Position numbers and translations under genes: made by a program
Notes under the pieces: generated by a model
What the model saw: the letters and a program-made list of their open reading frames with translations, nothing else
Told to the model about the DNA's origin: nothing
Database searches by the model: none
Shown here: positions 14,501 to 26,500 of the stretch, piece by piece
Numbering within the stretch: the stretch's first letter is position 1
How the letters are laid out: every line of letters starts with the position of its first letter
Source of the DNA: Squalus acanthias
Lineage: Eukaryota
Length of the DNA stretch: 64,000 nucleotides
Assembly (NCBI GenBank): GCA_030390025.1
Contig: JASTWF010000035.1
Coordinates: 2,666,001 to 2,730,000 of the forward strand
Direction: 5' to 3'

Positions 14501-17500
14501 GGGTTTATGGGATGGGTAACCAGTGCAGTGAGACGGGGTTTATGGGATGGGTAACCAGCGCAGTGAGAGGGGGTTTATGGGATGGGTAACCAGTGCAGTG
14601 AGACGGGGTTTATGGGATGGGTAACCAGTGCAGTGAGACGGGGTTTATGGGATGGGTAGTCAGTGCAGTGACACGGGGTTTATGGGATGGGTAGTCAGTG
14701 CAGTGAGACGGGGTTTGTGGGATGGGTAACCAGTGCAGTGAGACGGGGTTTATGGGATGGGTAACCAGTGCAGTGAGACGGGGTTTATGGGATGGGTAGT
14801 CAGTGCAGTGACACGGGGTTTATGGGATGGGTAGTCAGTGCAGTGAGACGGGGTTTGTGGGATGGGTAACCAGCGCAGTGAGACGGGGTTTATGGGATGG
14901 GTAGTCAGTGCAGTGCGACGGGGTTTATGGGATGGGTAGTCAGCGCAGTGAGACGGGGTTTATGGGATGGGTAACCAGTGCAGTGAGACGGGGTTTATGG
15001 GATGGGTAACCAGCGCAGTGAGACGGGGTTTATGGGATGGGTAGTCACTGCAGTGAGACAGGGTTTATGGGATGGGTAGTCAGTGCAGTGAGACGGGGTT
15101 TATGGGATGGGTAACCAGTGCAGTGAGACGGGGTTTATGGGATGGGTAGTCAGTGCAGTGACACGGGGTTTATGGGATGGGTAACCAGTGCAGTGAGACG
15201 GGGTTTATGGGATGGGTAACCAGTGCAGTGAGACGGGGTTTATGGGATGGGTAGTCAGCGCAGTGAGACGGGGTTTATGGGATGGGTAACCAGCGCAGTG
15301 AGACGGGGTTTATGGGATGGGTAACCAGCGCAGTGAGACGGGGTTTATGGGATGGGTAACCAGTGCAGTGAGACGGGGTTTATGGGATGGGTAACCAGCG
15401 CAGTGAGACGGGGTTTATGGGATGGGTAGTCAGTGCAGTGAGACGGGGTTTGTGGGATGGGTAACCAGCGCAGTGAGACGGGGTTTATGGGATGGGTAGT
15501 CAGTGCAGTGAGACGGGGTTTATGGGATGGGTAGTCAGTGCAGTGAGACAGGGTTTATGGGATGGGTAGTCAGTGCAGTGAGACGGGGTTTATGGGATGG
15601 GTAGTCAACGCAGTGACACGGGGTTTATGGGATGGGTAACCAGTGCAGTGAGAGTGGGTTTATGGGATGGGTAACCAGCGCAGTGAGACGGGGTTTATGG
15701 GATGGGTAGTCAGCGCAGTGAGACGGGGTTTATGGGATGGGTAGTCAGTGCAGTGAGACAGGGTTTATGGGATGGGTAACCCGTGCAGTGAGACGGGGTT
15801 TATGGGATGGGTAGTCAGCGCAGTGAGACGGGGTTTATGGGATGGGTAGTCAGCGCAGTGAGATTGGGTTTATGGGATTGGTAGTCAGTGCAGTGAGACA
15901 GGGTTTATGGGATGGGTAACCAGTGCAGTGAGACGGGGTTTATGGGATGGGTAACCAGTGCAGTGAGAAGGGGTTTATGGGATGGGTAACCAGTGCAGTG
16001 AGACGGGGTTTATGGGATGGGTAGTCAGTGCAGTGAGACGGGGTTTATGGGATGGGTAACTAGCGCAGTGAGAGGGTGTTTATGGGATGGGTAACCAGCG
16101 CAGTGAGAGGGGGTTTATGGGATGGGTAGTCAGTGCAGTGAGACGGGGTTTATGGGATGGGTAACCAGTGCAGTGAGACGGGGTTTATGGGATGGGTAAC
16201 CCGTGCAGTGAGACGGGGTTTATGGGATGGGTAACCAGTGCAGTGAGAGGGGGATATGGGATGGGTAACCAGTGCAGTGAGACGGGGTTTATGGGATGGG
16301 TAGTCAGTGCAGTGAGACGGGGTTTATGGGATGGGTAACCAGTGCAGTGAGACAGGGTTTATGGGATGGGTAACCAGTGCAGTGAGACGGGGTTTATGGG
16401 ATGGGTAACCAGCGCAATGAGACGGGGTTTATGGGATGGGTAACCAGCGCAGTGAGACGGGGTTTATGGGATGGGTAACCAGTGCAGTGAGAGGGGGATA
16501 TGGGATGGGTAACCAGTGCAGTGAGACGGGGTTTATGGGATGGGTAACCAGTGCAGTGAGACAGGGTTTATGGGATGGGTAACTAGCGCAGTGAGACAGG
16601 GTTTATGGGATGGGTAGTCAGTGCAGTGAGACGGGGTTTATGGGATGGGTAGTCAGTGCAGTGAGACGGGGTTTATGGGATGGGTAGTCAGTGCAGTGAG
16701 ACGGGGTTTATGGGATGGGTAACCAGTGCAGTGAGACAGGGTTTATGGGATGGGTAACTAGCGCAGTGAGACAGGGTTTATGGGATGGGTAGTCAGTGCA
16801 GTGAGACGGGGTTTATGGGATGGGTAGTCAGTGCAGTGACACGGGGTTTATGGGATGGGTAACCAGTGCAGTGAGACGGGGTTTATGGGATGGGTAACCA
16901 GCGCAGTGAGAGGGGGTTTATGGGATGGGTAACCAGCGCAGTGAGACGGGGTTTATGGGATGGGTAACCAGTGCAGTGAGACGGGGTTTATGGGATGGGT
17001 AACCAGTGCAGTGAGACGGGGTTTATGGGATGGGTAACCAGCGCAGTGAGAGGGAGTTTATGGGATGGGTAACCAGTGCAGTGAGACGGGGTTTATGGGA
17101 TGGGTAACCAGTGCAGTGAGACGGGGTTTATGGGATGGGTAGTCAGTGCAGTGACACGGGGTTTATGGGATGGGTAGTCAGTGCAGTGAGACGGGGTTTG
17201 TGGGATGGGTAACCAGTGCAGTGAGACGGGGTTTATGGGATGGGTAACCAGTGCAGTGAGACGGGGTTTATGGGATGGGTAGTCAGTGCAGTGACACGGG
17301 GTTTATGGGATGGGTAGTCAGTGCAGTGAGACGGGGTTTGTGGGATGGGTAACCAGCGCAGTGAGACGGGGTTTATGGGATGGGTAGTCAGTGCAGTGCG
17401 ACGGGGTTTATGGGATGGGTAGTCAGCGCAGTGAGACGGGGTTTATGGGATGGGTAACCAGTGCAGTGAGACGGGGTTTATGGGATGGGTAACCAGCGCA

Positions 17501-20500
17501 GTGAGACGGGGTTTATGGGATGGGTAACCAGCGCAGTGAGACGGGGTTTATGGGATGGGTAGTCAGCGCAGTGAGACGGGGTTTATGGGATGGGTAACCA
17601 GCGCAGTGAGACGGGGTTTATGGGATGGGTAGTCACTGCAGTGAGACAGGGTTTATGGGATGGGTAGTCAGTGCAGTGAGACGGGGTTTATGGGATGGGT
17701 AACCAGTGCAGTGAGACGGGGTTTATGGGATGGGTAGTCAGTGCAGTGACACGGGGTTTATGGGATGGGTAACCAGTGCAGTGAGACGGGGTTTATGGGA
17801 TGGGTAACCAGTGCAGTGAGACGGGGTTTATGGGATGGGTAGTCAGCGCAGTGAGACGGGGTTTATGGGATGGGTAACCAGCGCAGTGAGACGGGGTTTA
17901 TGGGATGGGTAACCAGCGCAGTGAGACGGGGTTTATGGGATGGGTAACCAGTGCAGTGAGACGGGGTTTATGGGATGGGTAACCAGCGCAGTGAGACGGG
18001 GTTTATGGGATGGGTAGTCAGCGCAGTGAGACGGGGTTTATGGGATGGGTAACCAGTGCAGTGAGACGGGGTTTATGGGATGGGTAACCAGTGCAGTGAG
18101 ACGGGGTTTCTGGGATGGGTAGTCAGCGCAGTGAGACGGGGTTTATGGGATGGGTAACCAGCGCAGTGAGACGGGGTTTATGGGATGGGTAACCAGTGCA
18201 GTGAGACGGGGTTTATGGGATGGGTAACCAGCGCAGTGAGACGGGGTTTATGGGATGGGTAGTCAGCGCAGTGAGATGGGGTTTATGGGATGGGTAACCA
18301 GTGCAGTGAGACAGGGTTTATGGGATGGGTAGTCAGTGCAGTGAGACAGGGTTTATGGGATGGGTAGTCAGTGCAGTGAGACAGGGTTTATGGGATGGGT
18401 AGTCAGTGCAGTGAGACAGGGTTTATGGGATGGGTAGTCAGTGCAGTGAGACAGGGTTTATGGGATGGGTAGTGAGTGCAGTGAGACGGGGTTTATGGGA
18501 TGGGTAGTCAGCGCAGTGAGACAGGGTTTATGGGATGGGTAACCAGTGCAGTGAGACGGGGTTTATGGGATGGGTAACCAGCGCAGTGAGACGGGGTTTA
18601 TGGGATGGGTAACCAGCGCAGTGAGAGGGGGTTTATGGGATGGGTAACCAGCGCAGTGAGACGGGGTTTATGGGATGGGTAACCAGTGCAGTGAGACGGG
18701 GTTTATGGGATGGGTAACCAGCGCAGTGAGACGGGGTTTATGGGATGGGTAGTCAGTGCAGTGGGACAGGGTTTATGGGATGGGTAACCAGTGCAGTGAG
18801 ACGGGGTTTATGGGATGGGTAGTTAGTGCAGTGAGACGGGGTTTATGGGATGGGTAGTCAGTGCAGTGAGACAGGGTTTATGGGATGGGTAACCAGTGCA
18901 GTGAGACGGGGTTTATGGGATGGGTAACCAGTGCAGTGAGACGGGGTTTATGGGATGGGTAGTCAGTGCAGTGAGACAGGGTTTATGGGATGGGTAACCA
19001 GTGCAGTGAGACGGGGTTTATGGGATGGGTAGTCAGTGCAGTGAGACAGGGTTTATGGGATGGGTAGTCAGTGCAGTGAGACGGGGTTTATGGGATGGGT
19101 AACCAGCGCAGTGAGACGGGGTTTATGGGATGGGTAACCAGTGCTGTGAGACGGGGTTTATGGGATGGGTAACCAGTGCAGTGAGACAGGGTTTATGGGA
19201 TGGGTAGTCAGTGCAGTGAGACGGGGTTTATGGGATGGGTAGTCAGCGCAGTGAGACGGGGTTTATGGGATGGGTAGTCAGTGCTGTGAGACAGGGTTTA
19301 TGGGATGGGTAGTCAGTGCAGTGAGACGGGGTTTATGGGATGGGTAACCAGCGCAGTGAGACGGAGTTTATGGGATGGGTAACCAGCGCAGTGAGACGGG
19401 GTTTATGGGATGGGTAGTCAGTGCAGTGAGACGAGGTTTACGGGATGGGTAGTCAGCACAGTGAGACGAGGTTTATGGGATGGGTAACCAGCGCAGTGAG
19501 ACGTGGTTTATGGGATGGGTAACTAGCGCAGTGAGACAGGGTTTATGGGATGGGTAGTCAGTGCAGTGAGACAGGGTTTATGGGATGGGTAGTCAGTGCA
19601 GTCAGACAGGGTTTATGGGATGGGTAACCAGCGCAGTGAGACGGGGTTTATGGGATGGGTAGTCAGTGCAGTGAGACGGGGTTTATGGGATGGGTAACCA
19701 GTGCAGTGAGACGGGGTTTATGGGATGGGTAACCAGTGCAGTGAGACGGGGTTTATGGGATGGGTAGTCAGCGCAGTGAGACGGGGTTTATGGGATGGGT
19801 AACCAGTGCAGTGAGACGGGGTTTATGGGATGGGTAACCAGTGCAGTGAGACGGGGTTTATGGGATGGGTAGTCAGCGCAGTGAGACGGGGTTTATGGGA
19901 TGGGTAACCAGCGCAGTGAGACGGGGTTTATGGGATGGGTAACCAGTGCAGTGAGACGGGGTTTACGGGATGGGTAACCAGCGCAGTGAGACGGGGTTTA
20001 TGGGATGGGTAGTCAGCGCAGTGAGATGGGGTTTATGGGATGGGTAACCAGTGCAGTGAGACAGGGTTTATGGGATGGGTAGTCAGTGCAGTGAGACAGG
20101 GTTTATGGGATGGGTAGTCAGTGCAGTGAGACAGGGTTTATGGGATGGGTAGTCAGTGCAGTGAGACAGGGTTTATGGGATGGGTAGTCAGTGCAGTGAG
20201 ACAGGGTTTATGGGATGGGTAGTCAGTGCAGTGAGACGGGGTTTATGGGATGGGTAGTCAGCGCAGTGAGACAGGGTTTATGGGATGGGTAACCAGCGCA
20301 GTGAGAGGGGGTTTATGGGATGGGTAGTCAGTGCAGTGAGACGGGGTTTATGGGATGGGTAACCAGTGCAGTGAGACGGGGTTTATGGGATGGGTAACCA
20401 GCGCAGTGAGACGGGGTTTATGGGATGGGTAACCAGCGCAGTGAGAGGGGGTTTATGGGATGGGTAACCAGCGCAGTGAGACGGGGTTTATGGGATGGGT

Positions 20501-23500
20501 AACCAGTGCAGTGAGACGGGGTTTATGGGATGGGTAACCAGCGCAGTGAGACGGGGTTTATGGGATGGGTAGTCAGTGCAGTGAGACAGGGTTTATGGGA
20601 TGGGTAACCAGTGCAGTGAGACGGGGTTTATGGGATGGGTAGTTAGTGCAGTGAGACGGGGTTTATGGGATGGGTAGTCAGTGCAGTGAGACAGGGTTTA
20701 TGGGATGGGTAACCAGTGCAGTGAGACGGGGTTTATGGGATGGGTAACCAGTGCAGTGAGACGGGGTTTATGGGATGGGTAGTCAGTGCAGTGAGACAGG
20801 GTTTATGGGATGGGTAACCAGTGCAGTGAGACGGGGTTTATGGGATGGGTAGTCAGTGCAGTGAGACAGGGTTTATGGGATGGGTAGTCAGTGCAGTGAG
20901 ACGGGGTTTATGGGTTGGGTAACCTGTGCAGTGAGACGGGGTTTATGGGATGGGTAACCAGCGCAGTGAGACGGGGTTTATGGGATGGGTAACCAGTGCT
21001 GTGAGACGGGGTTTATGGGATGGGTAACCAGTGCAGTGAGACAGGGTTTATGGGATGGGTAGTCAGTGCAGTGAGACGGGGTTTATGGGATGGGTAGTCA
21101 GCGCAGTGAGACGGGGTTTATGGGATGGGTAGTCAGTGCTGTGAGACAGGGTTTATGGGATGGGTAGTCAGTGCAGTGAGACGGGGTTTATGGGATGGGT
21201 AACCAGCGCAGTGAGACGGGGTTTATGGGATGGGTAACCAGCGCAGTGAGACGGGGTTTATGGGATGGGTAGTCAGTGCAGTGAGACGAGGTTTACGGGA
21301 TGGGTAGTCAGCACAGTGAGACGAGGTTTATGGGATGGGTAACCAGTGCAGTGAGACGTGGTTTATGGGATGGGTAACTAGCGCAGTGAGACAGGGTTTA
21401 TGGGATGGGTAGTCAGTGCAGTGAGACGGGGTTTATGGGATGGGTAGTCAGCGCAGTGAGACAGGGTTTATGGGATGGGTAACCAGTGCAGTGAGACGGG
21501 GTTTATGGGATGGGTAGTCAGCGCAGTGAGACGGGGTTTATGGGATGGGTAACCAGCGCAGTGAGACGGGGTTTATGGGATGGGTAACCAGTGCAGTGAG
21601 ACGGGGTTTATGGGATGGGTAACCAGCGCAGTGAGACGGGGTTTATGGGATGGGTAGTCAGCGCAGTGAGATGGGGTTTATGGGATGGGTAACCAGTGCA
21701 GTGAGACAGGGTTTATGGGATGGGTAGTCAGTGCAGTGAGACAGGGTTTATGGGATGGGTAGTCAGTGCAGTGAGACAGGGTTTATGGGATGGGTAGTCA
21801 GTGCAGTGAGACAGGGTTTATGGGATGGGTAGTCAGTGCAGTGAGACAGGGTTTATGGGATGGGTAGTCAGTGCAGTGAGACGGGGTTTATGGGATGGGT
21901 AGTCAGCGCAGTGAGACAGGGTTTATGGGATGGGTAACCAGCGCAGTGAGACGGGGTTTATGGGATGGGTAGTCAGTGCAGTGAGACGGGGTTTATGGGA
22001 TGGGTAACCAGTGCAGTGAGACGGGGTTTATGGGATGGGTAACCAGTGCAGTGAGACGGGGTTTATGGGATGGGTAGTCAGCGCAGTGAGACGGGGTTTA
22101 TGGGATGGGTAACCAGTGCAGTGAGACGGGGTTTATGGGATGTGTAACCAGTGCAGTGAGACGGGGTTTATGGGATGGGTAGTCAGCGCAGTGAGACGGG
22201 GTTTATGGGATGGGTAACCAGCGCAGTGAGACGAGGTTTATGGGATGGGTAACCAGTGCAGTGAGACGGGGTTTATGGGATGGGTAACCAGCGCAGTGAG
22301 ACGGGGTTTATGGGATGGGTAGTCAGCGCAGTGAGATGGGGTTTATGGGATGGGTAACCAGTGCAGTGAGACAGGGTTTATGGGATGGGTAGTCAGTGCA
22401 GTGAGACAGGGTTTATGGGATGGGTAGTCAGTGCAGTGAGACAGGGTTTATGGGATGGGTAGTCAGTGCAGTGAGACAGGGTTTATGGGATGGGTAGTCA
22501 GTGCAGTGAGACAGGGTTTATGGGATGGGTAGTCAGTGCAGTGAGACGGGGTTTATGGGATGGGTAGTCAGCGCAGTGAGACAGGGTTTATGGGATGGGT
22601 AACCAGCGCAGTGAGACGGGGTTTATGGGATGGGTAGTCAGTGCAGTGAGACGGGGTTTATGGGATGGGTAACCAGTGCAGTGAGACGGGGTTTATGGGA
22701 TGGGTAACCAGTGCAGTGAGACGGGGTTTATGGGATGGGTAGTCAGCGCAGTGAGACGGGGTTTATGGGATGGGTAACCAGCGCAGTGAGACGGGGTTTA
22801 TGGGATGGGTAACCAGCGCAGTGAGAGGGGGTTTATGGGATGGCTAACCAGCGCAGTGAGACGGGGTTTATGGGATGGGTAACCAGTGCAGTGAGACGGG
22901 GTTTATGGGATGGGTAACCAGCGCAGTGAGACGGGGTTTATGGGATGGGTAACCAGCGCAGTGAGACGGGGTTTATGGGATGGGTAGTCAGTGCAGTGAG
23001 ACGGGGTTTATGGGATGGGTAACCAGCGCAGTGAGACAGGGTTTATGGGATGGGTAGTCAGTGCAATGAGACAGGGTTTATGGGATGGGTAGTCAGTGCA
23101 GTGAGACAGGGTTTATGGGATGGGTAGTCAGTGCAGTGAGACAGGGTTTATGGGATGGGTAACCAGTGCAGTGAGACGGGGTTTATGGGATGGGTAGTCA
23201 GTGCAGTGAGACAGGGTTTATGGGATGGGTAACCAGTGCAGTGAGACGGGGTTTATGGGATGGGTAGTCAGTGCAGTGAGACGGGGTTTATGGGATGGGG
23301 AGTCAGCGCAGTGAGACGGGGTTTATGGGATGGGTAACCAGTGCTGTGAGACGGGGTTTATGGGATGGGTAACCAGTGCTGTGAGACGGGGTTTATGGGT
23401 TGGGTAGTCAGCGCAGTGAGACGGGGTTTATGGGATGGGTAGTCAGTGCTGTGAGACAGGGTTTATGGGATGGGTAGTCAGTGCAGTGAGACGGGGTTTA

Positions 23501-26500
23501 TGGGATGGGTAACCAGCGCAGTGAGACGGGGTTTATGGGATGGGTAGTCAGTGCAGTGAGACGGGGTTTATGGGATGGGTAACCAGCGCAGTGAGACGGG
23601 GTTTATGGGATGGGTAGTCAGTGCAGTGAGACGAGGTTTACGGGATGGGTAGTCAGCACAGTGAGACGAGGTTTATGGGATGGGTAACCAGCGCAGTGAG
23701 ACGTGGTTTATGGGATGGGTAACTAGCGCAGTGAGACGGGGTGCTTGGTGCGATAATGGGGTATGCAGTTGGTAATTTCAGTTGATGATTACTGACGCAT
23801 TCCATCCACTGCAGTTCTACAGACCGCTGTTTATTCGAATTGCACTGATTGGTGTTGAGGTGTGGACTACAGACCAGATCGTGGTGGATGACAATGCGCT
23901 GGGCACCATGAAACGATTTCTCAACTGGAGGAAAACAATCCTTCTCCCAAGGCTCCACAATGACAATGCTCAGCTTGTAATGTAAGCTGCTGTTACTGTC
24001 AGCTCGGCTTTTTTTAAAAATAAGTCTGGATCAAGATATAGGACTAACTCTTACTGCATGCTGTGTTCAGATAGCAGTAGTGCAGGGACTAGTCCTGTCC
24101 TACTTATAATTAACTTTTCAAAATAACAGGGTTCACTGCTGAAATGTTAGATGTTTACAGATTTATTAAGCGTACAATAATAATTACTAACAGTAATTAT
24201 TCATATACTTAACAGCAATTACGGCAAAAGCTTGCGAGTTTGTAACCAGAAAATCCAAGACACGTTACAGTTTTGAGATCGGTGTACTTGACTGATCAGA
24301 CCTTAATGGAATTCCAAAGTGTCTGGTCTAACTACCACTTTTTATACTTTATTTTCAACCCTTCTACGTGACAATTTGCATGTTTCATAGTTGCATTACA
24401 TCGTTATCATTCAACACTGATTTGATTGTCCTGACCTTGCAGAAGATAGATCTGTAACCCCCTTTTCTTGACTCACACTCCCTAACTTTCCACATCTCGG
24501 GTCTTTCTCAGGCAGGTGTTCATCTTCTTCAAGGCTTTCTTAACAAACGGAACGTATTCTGTGCCTGTGCAATAACTAGTTTCAACAAGTTATTTTTCCA
24601 TCGACTGGTACAACTTACCAATTTTGTCATCTTATTCCATACCAATCTCCTGCTTCTGAAAATGATCATGTAGACCCTTCTGCAAAACTTATCAACTAAT
24701 TCAAGCTCTCTGCTTTTAGTTAGATTTATTGTTTAAACTGATCATTACTTTGTCGGTCTTAATTCAACAGTTCAGTGGTCAGTGCATCTATATTAAACAT
24801 ACATGCATATCAAGTAAATCAATCCTCTCTTATGATTATAACATTAGCAGACTTCAAGTCTGACAGGACAGTACGTCATTACTCAAAGGGGATGTAGTCA
24901 TTGGCACTAGTCAATCCAAATATATTCACTACTTAATGGTAATTTACGCGAAAAGCATTGATTTCACTTCCACAGGAACTGCTCAAACCCAACCGGTTCA
25001 GAGTTAGTTTGTGAACTCAGCTGCCATGCTAAGGTGTGCATTTTGAACTTCTAATGTGGCTCTTTCCATACAGCGCTGATTCAGGAATCCACCCCTTTCC
25101 TTTCTCCAGATTGATTGCCATGATTAGTCGACAACTCCATTATCATTGTCTCCTGCAACTACCAGGATACTAGACGAACCTTTGCCTTTTTTAGTCTAGC
25201 AATTCCTAGCAGCATCTGCATTCACTAAACTTGGTGCTAATTTATTCCACAAATAGTCAACTCCTGAGTGTGAAGCTCTGCTTCGGGAAAGGAAAAGAAA
25301 TAACTTCTCATCATCCTCCTCACCAGCTCCCTTTGTGATTTGAAAACTGAAACAAGACTACATTGAGCCCCTCAGTGAGTTCCAGTCCAGAGCCACTGTT
25401 GCTGCCATTCTCTGAACTTCTTCCAGCGCCTTTAGTTCATCATTCAGCACCTTCAGCCAGTTGCTTCCATAGACCATGTAAATCGCCCTGTCATTTTCCA
25501 ATTCAGCATTGACTGCAGGATTGATCTTGATAGCCGAATGGATTTTTATCATTCTATATTATCTTGCGCTGTTGTATATGATACATGAGTGGTGTAATCA
25601 TCCAGTACTCCAGGTCACCCACTCACAGTGGAGTCCACCTCCGTGTGTGCATGCCAGGTCGACATTCCAATATTGGTAAAGTAGGATTTTGGGGAGTAGA
25701 AAGCAGCTGTAAACCAACCCCCACTCACCCTGGGACATTCACTGCCCGCATCCCTTGTTAACAAGTATATTTTACCTCTTTCACAGGGGCAGGAGCTTTA
25801 ATAATATCACCGAACAGCTCGTTGAGTTTGGCTCCATGTGTTCCCCGGATTACTCAGGCGGTATTGTTCTGGTGAGCATCGGTCACTTCTTAGACAGACT
25901 AAGTGAGTGGGCAAACATTTGGCAGATGGAGTATAATGTGGGAAAGTGTGAGGTTATCCACTTTGGCAGGAAAAATAAAAAAGCAAATTATTATTTAAAT
26001 GGAGAGAGATTACAAAATGCTACAGTTCAGAGGGACCTGGGGGTCCTTGTGCATGAAACACAAAAAGTTAGCATGCAGGTACAGCAAGTAATCAAAAAGG
26101 CAAATGGAATGTTGGCCTTTATTGCAAGGGGGTTGGAGTATAAAAGTAGGGAAGTCCTGCTACAACTGTACAGGGTATTGGTGAGACCACACCTTGAGTA
26201 CTGCGTACAGTTTTGGTCTCCTTATTTAAGGAAGGATATACTTGCATTGGAGGCAGTTCAGAGAAGGTTCACTGAGGTTGATTCCTGAGATGAAGGGGTT
26301 GACTTATGAAGAAAGGTTGAGCAGGTTGGGCCTATACTCATTGGAGTTTAGAAGAATGAGAGGTGATCTTATTGAAACATATAAGATACTGAGGGTGCTC
26401 GACAAGGTAGATGCAGAGAAGATGTTTCCCCTCGTGGGGGAATCTAGAACTCGGGGGCATAGTTTCAGAATAAAGGGTCACCCATTTAAAACTGAGATGA

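Noticed and set aside
2631..23742. CRISPR-like or telomeric interpretation of the 35-bp array
   Set aside because: Units are head-to-tail with no unique spacers, there are no cas genes and the context is eukaryotic. No TTAGGG runs are present.
25358..25620. Short minus-strand ORF containing LEEVQRMAAT
   Set aside because: Probably a very old LINE (CR1/L2) remnant, too degraded to delimit or call.
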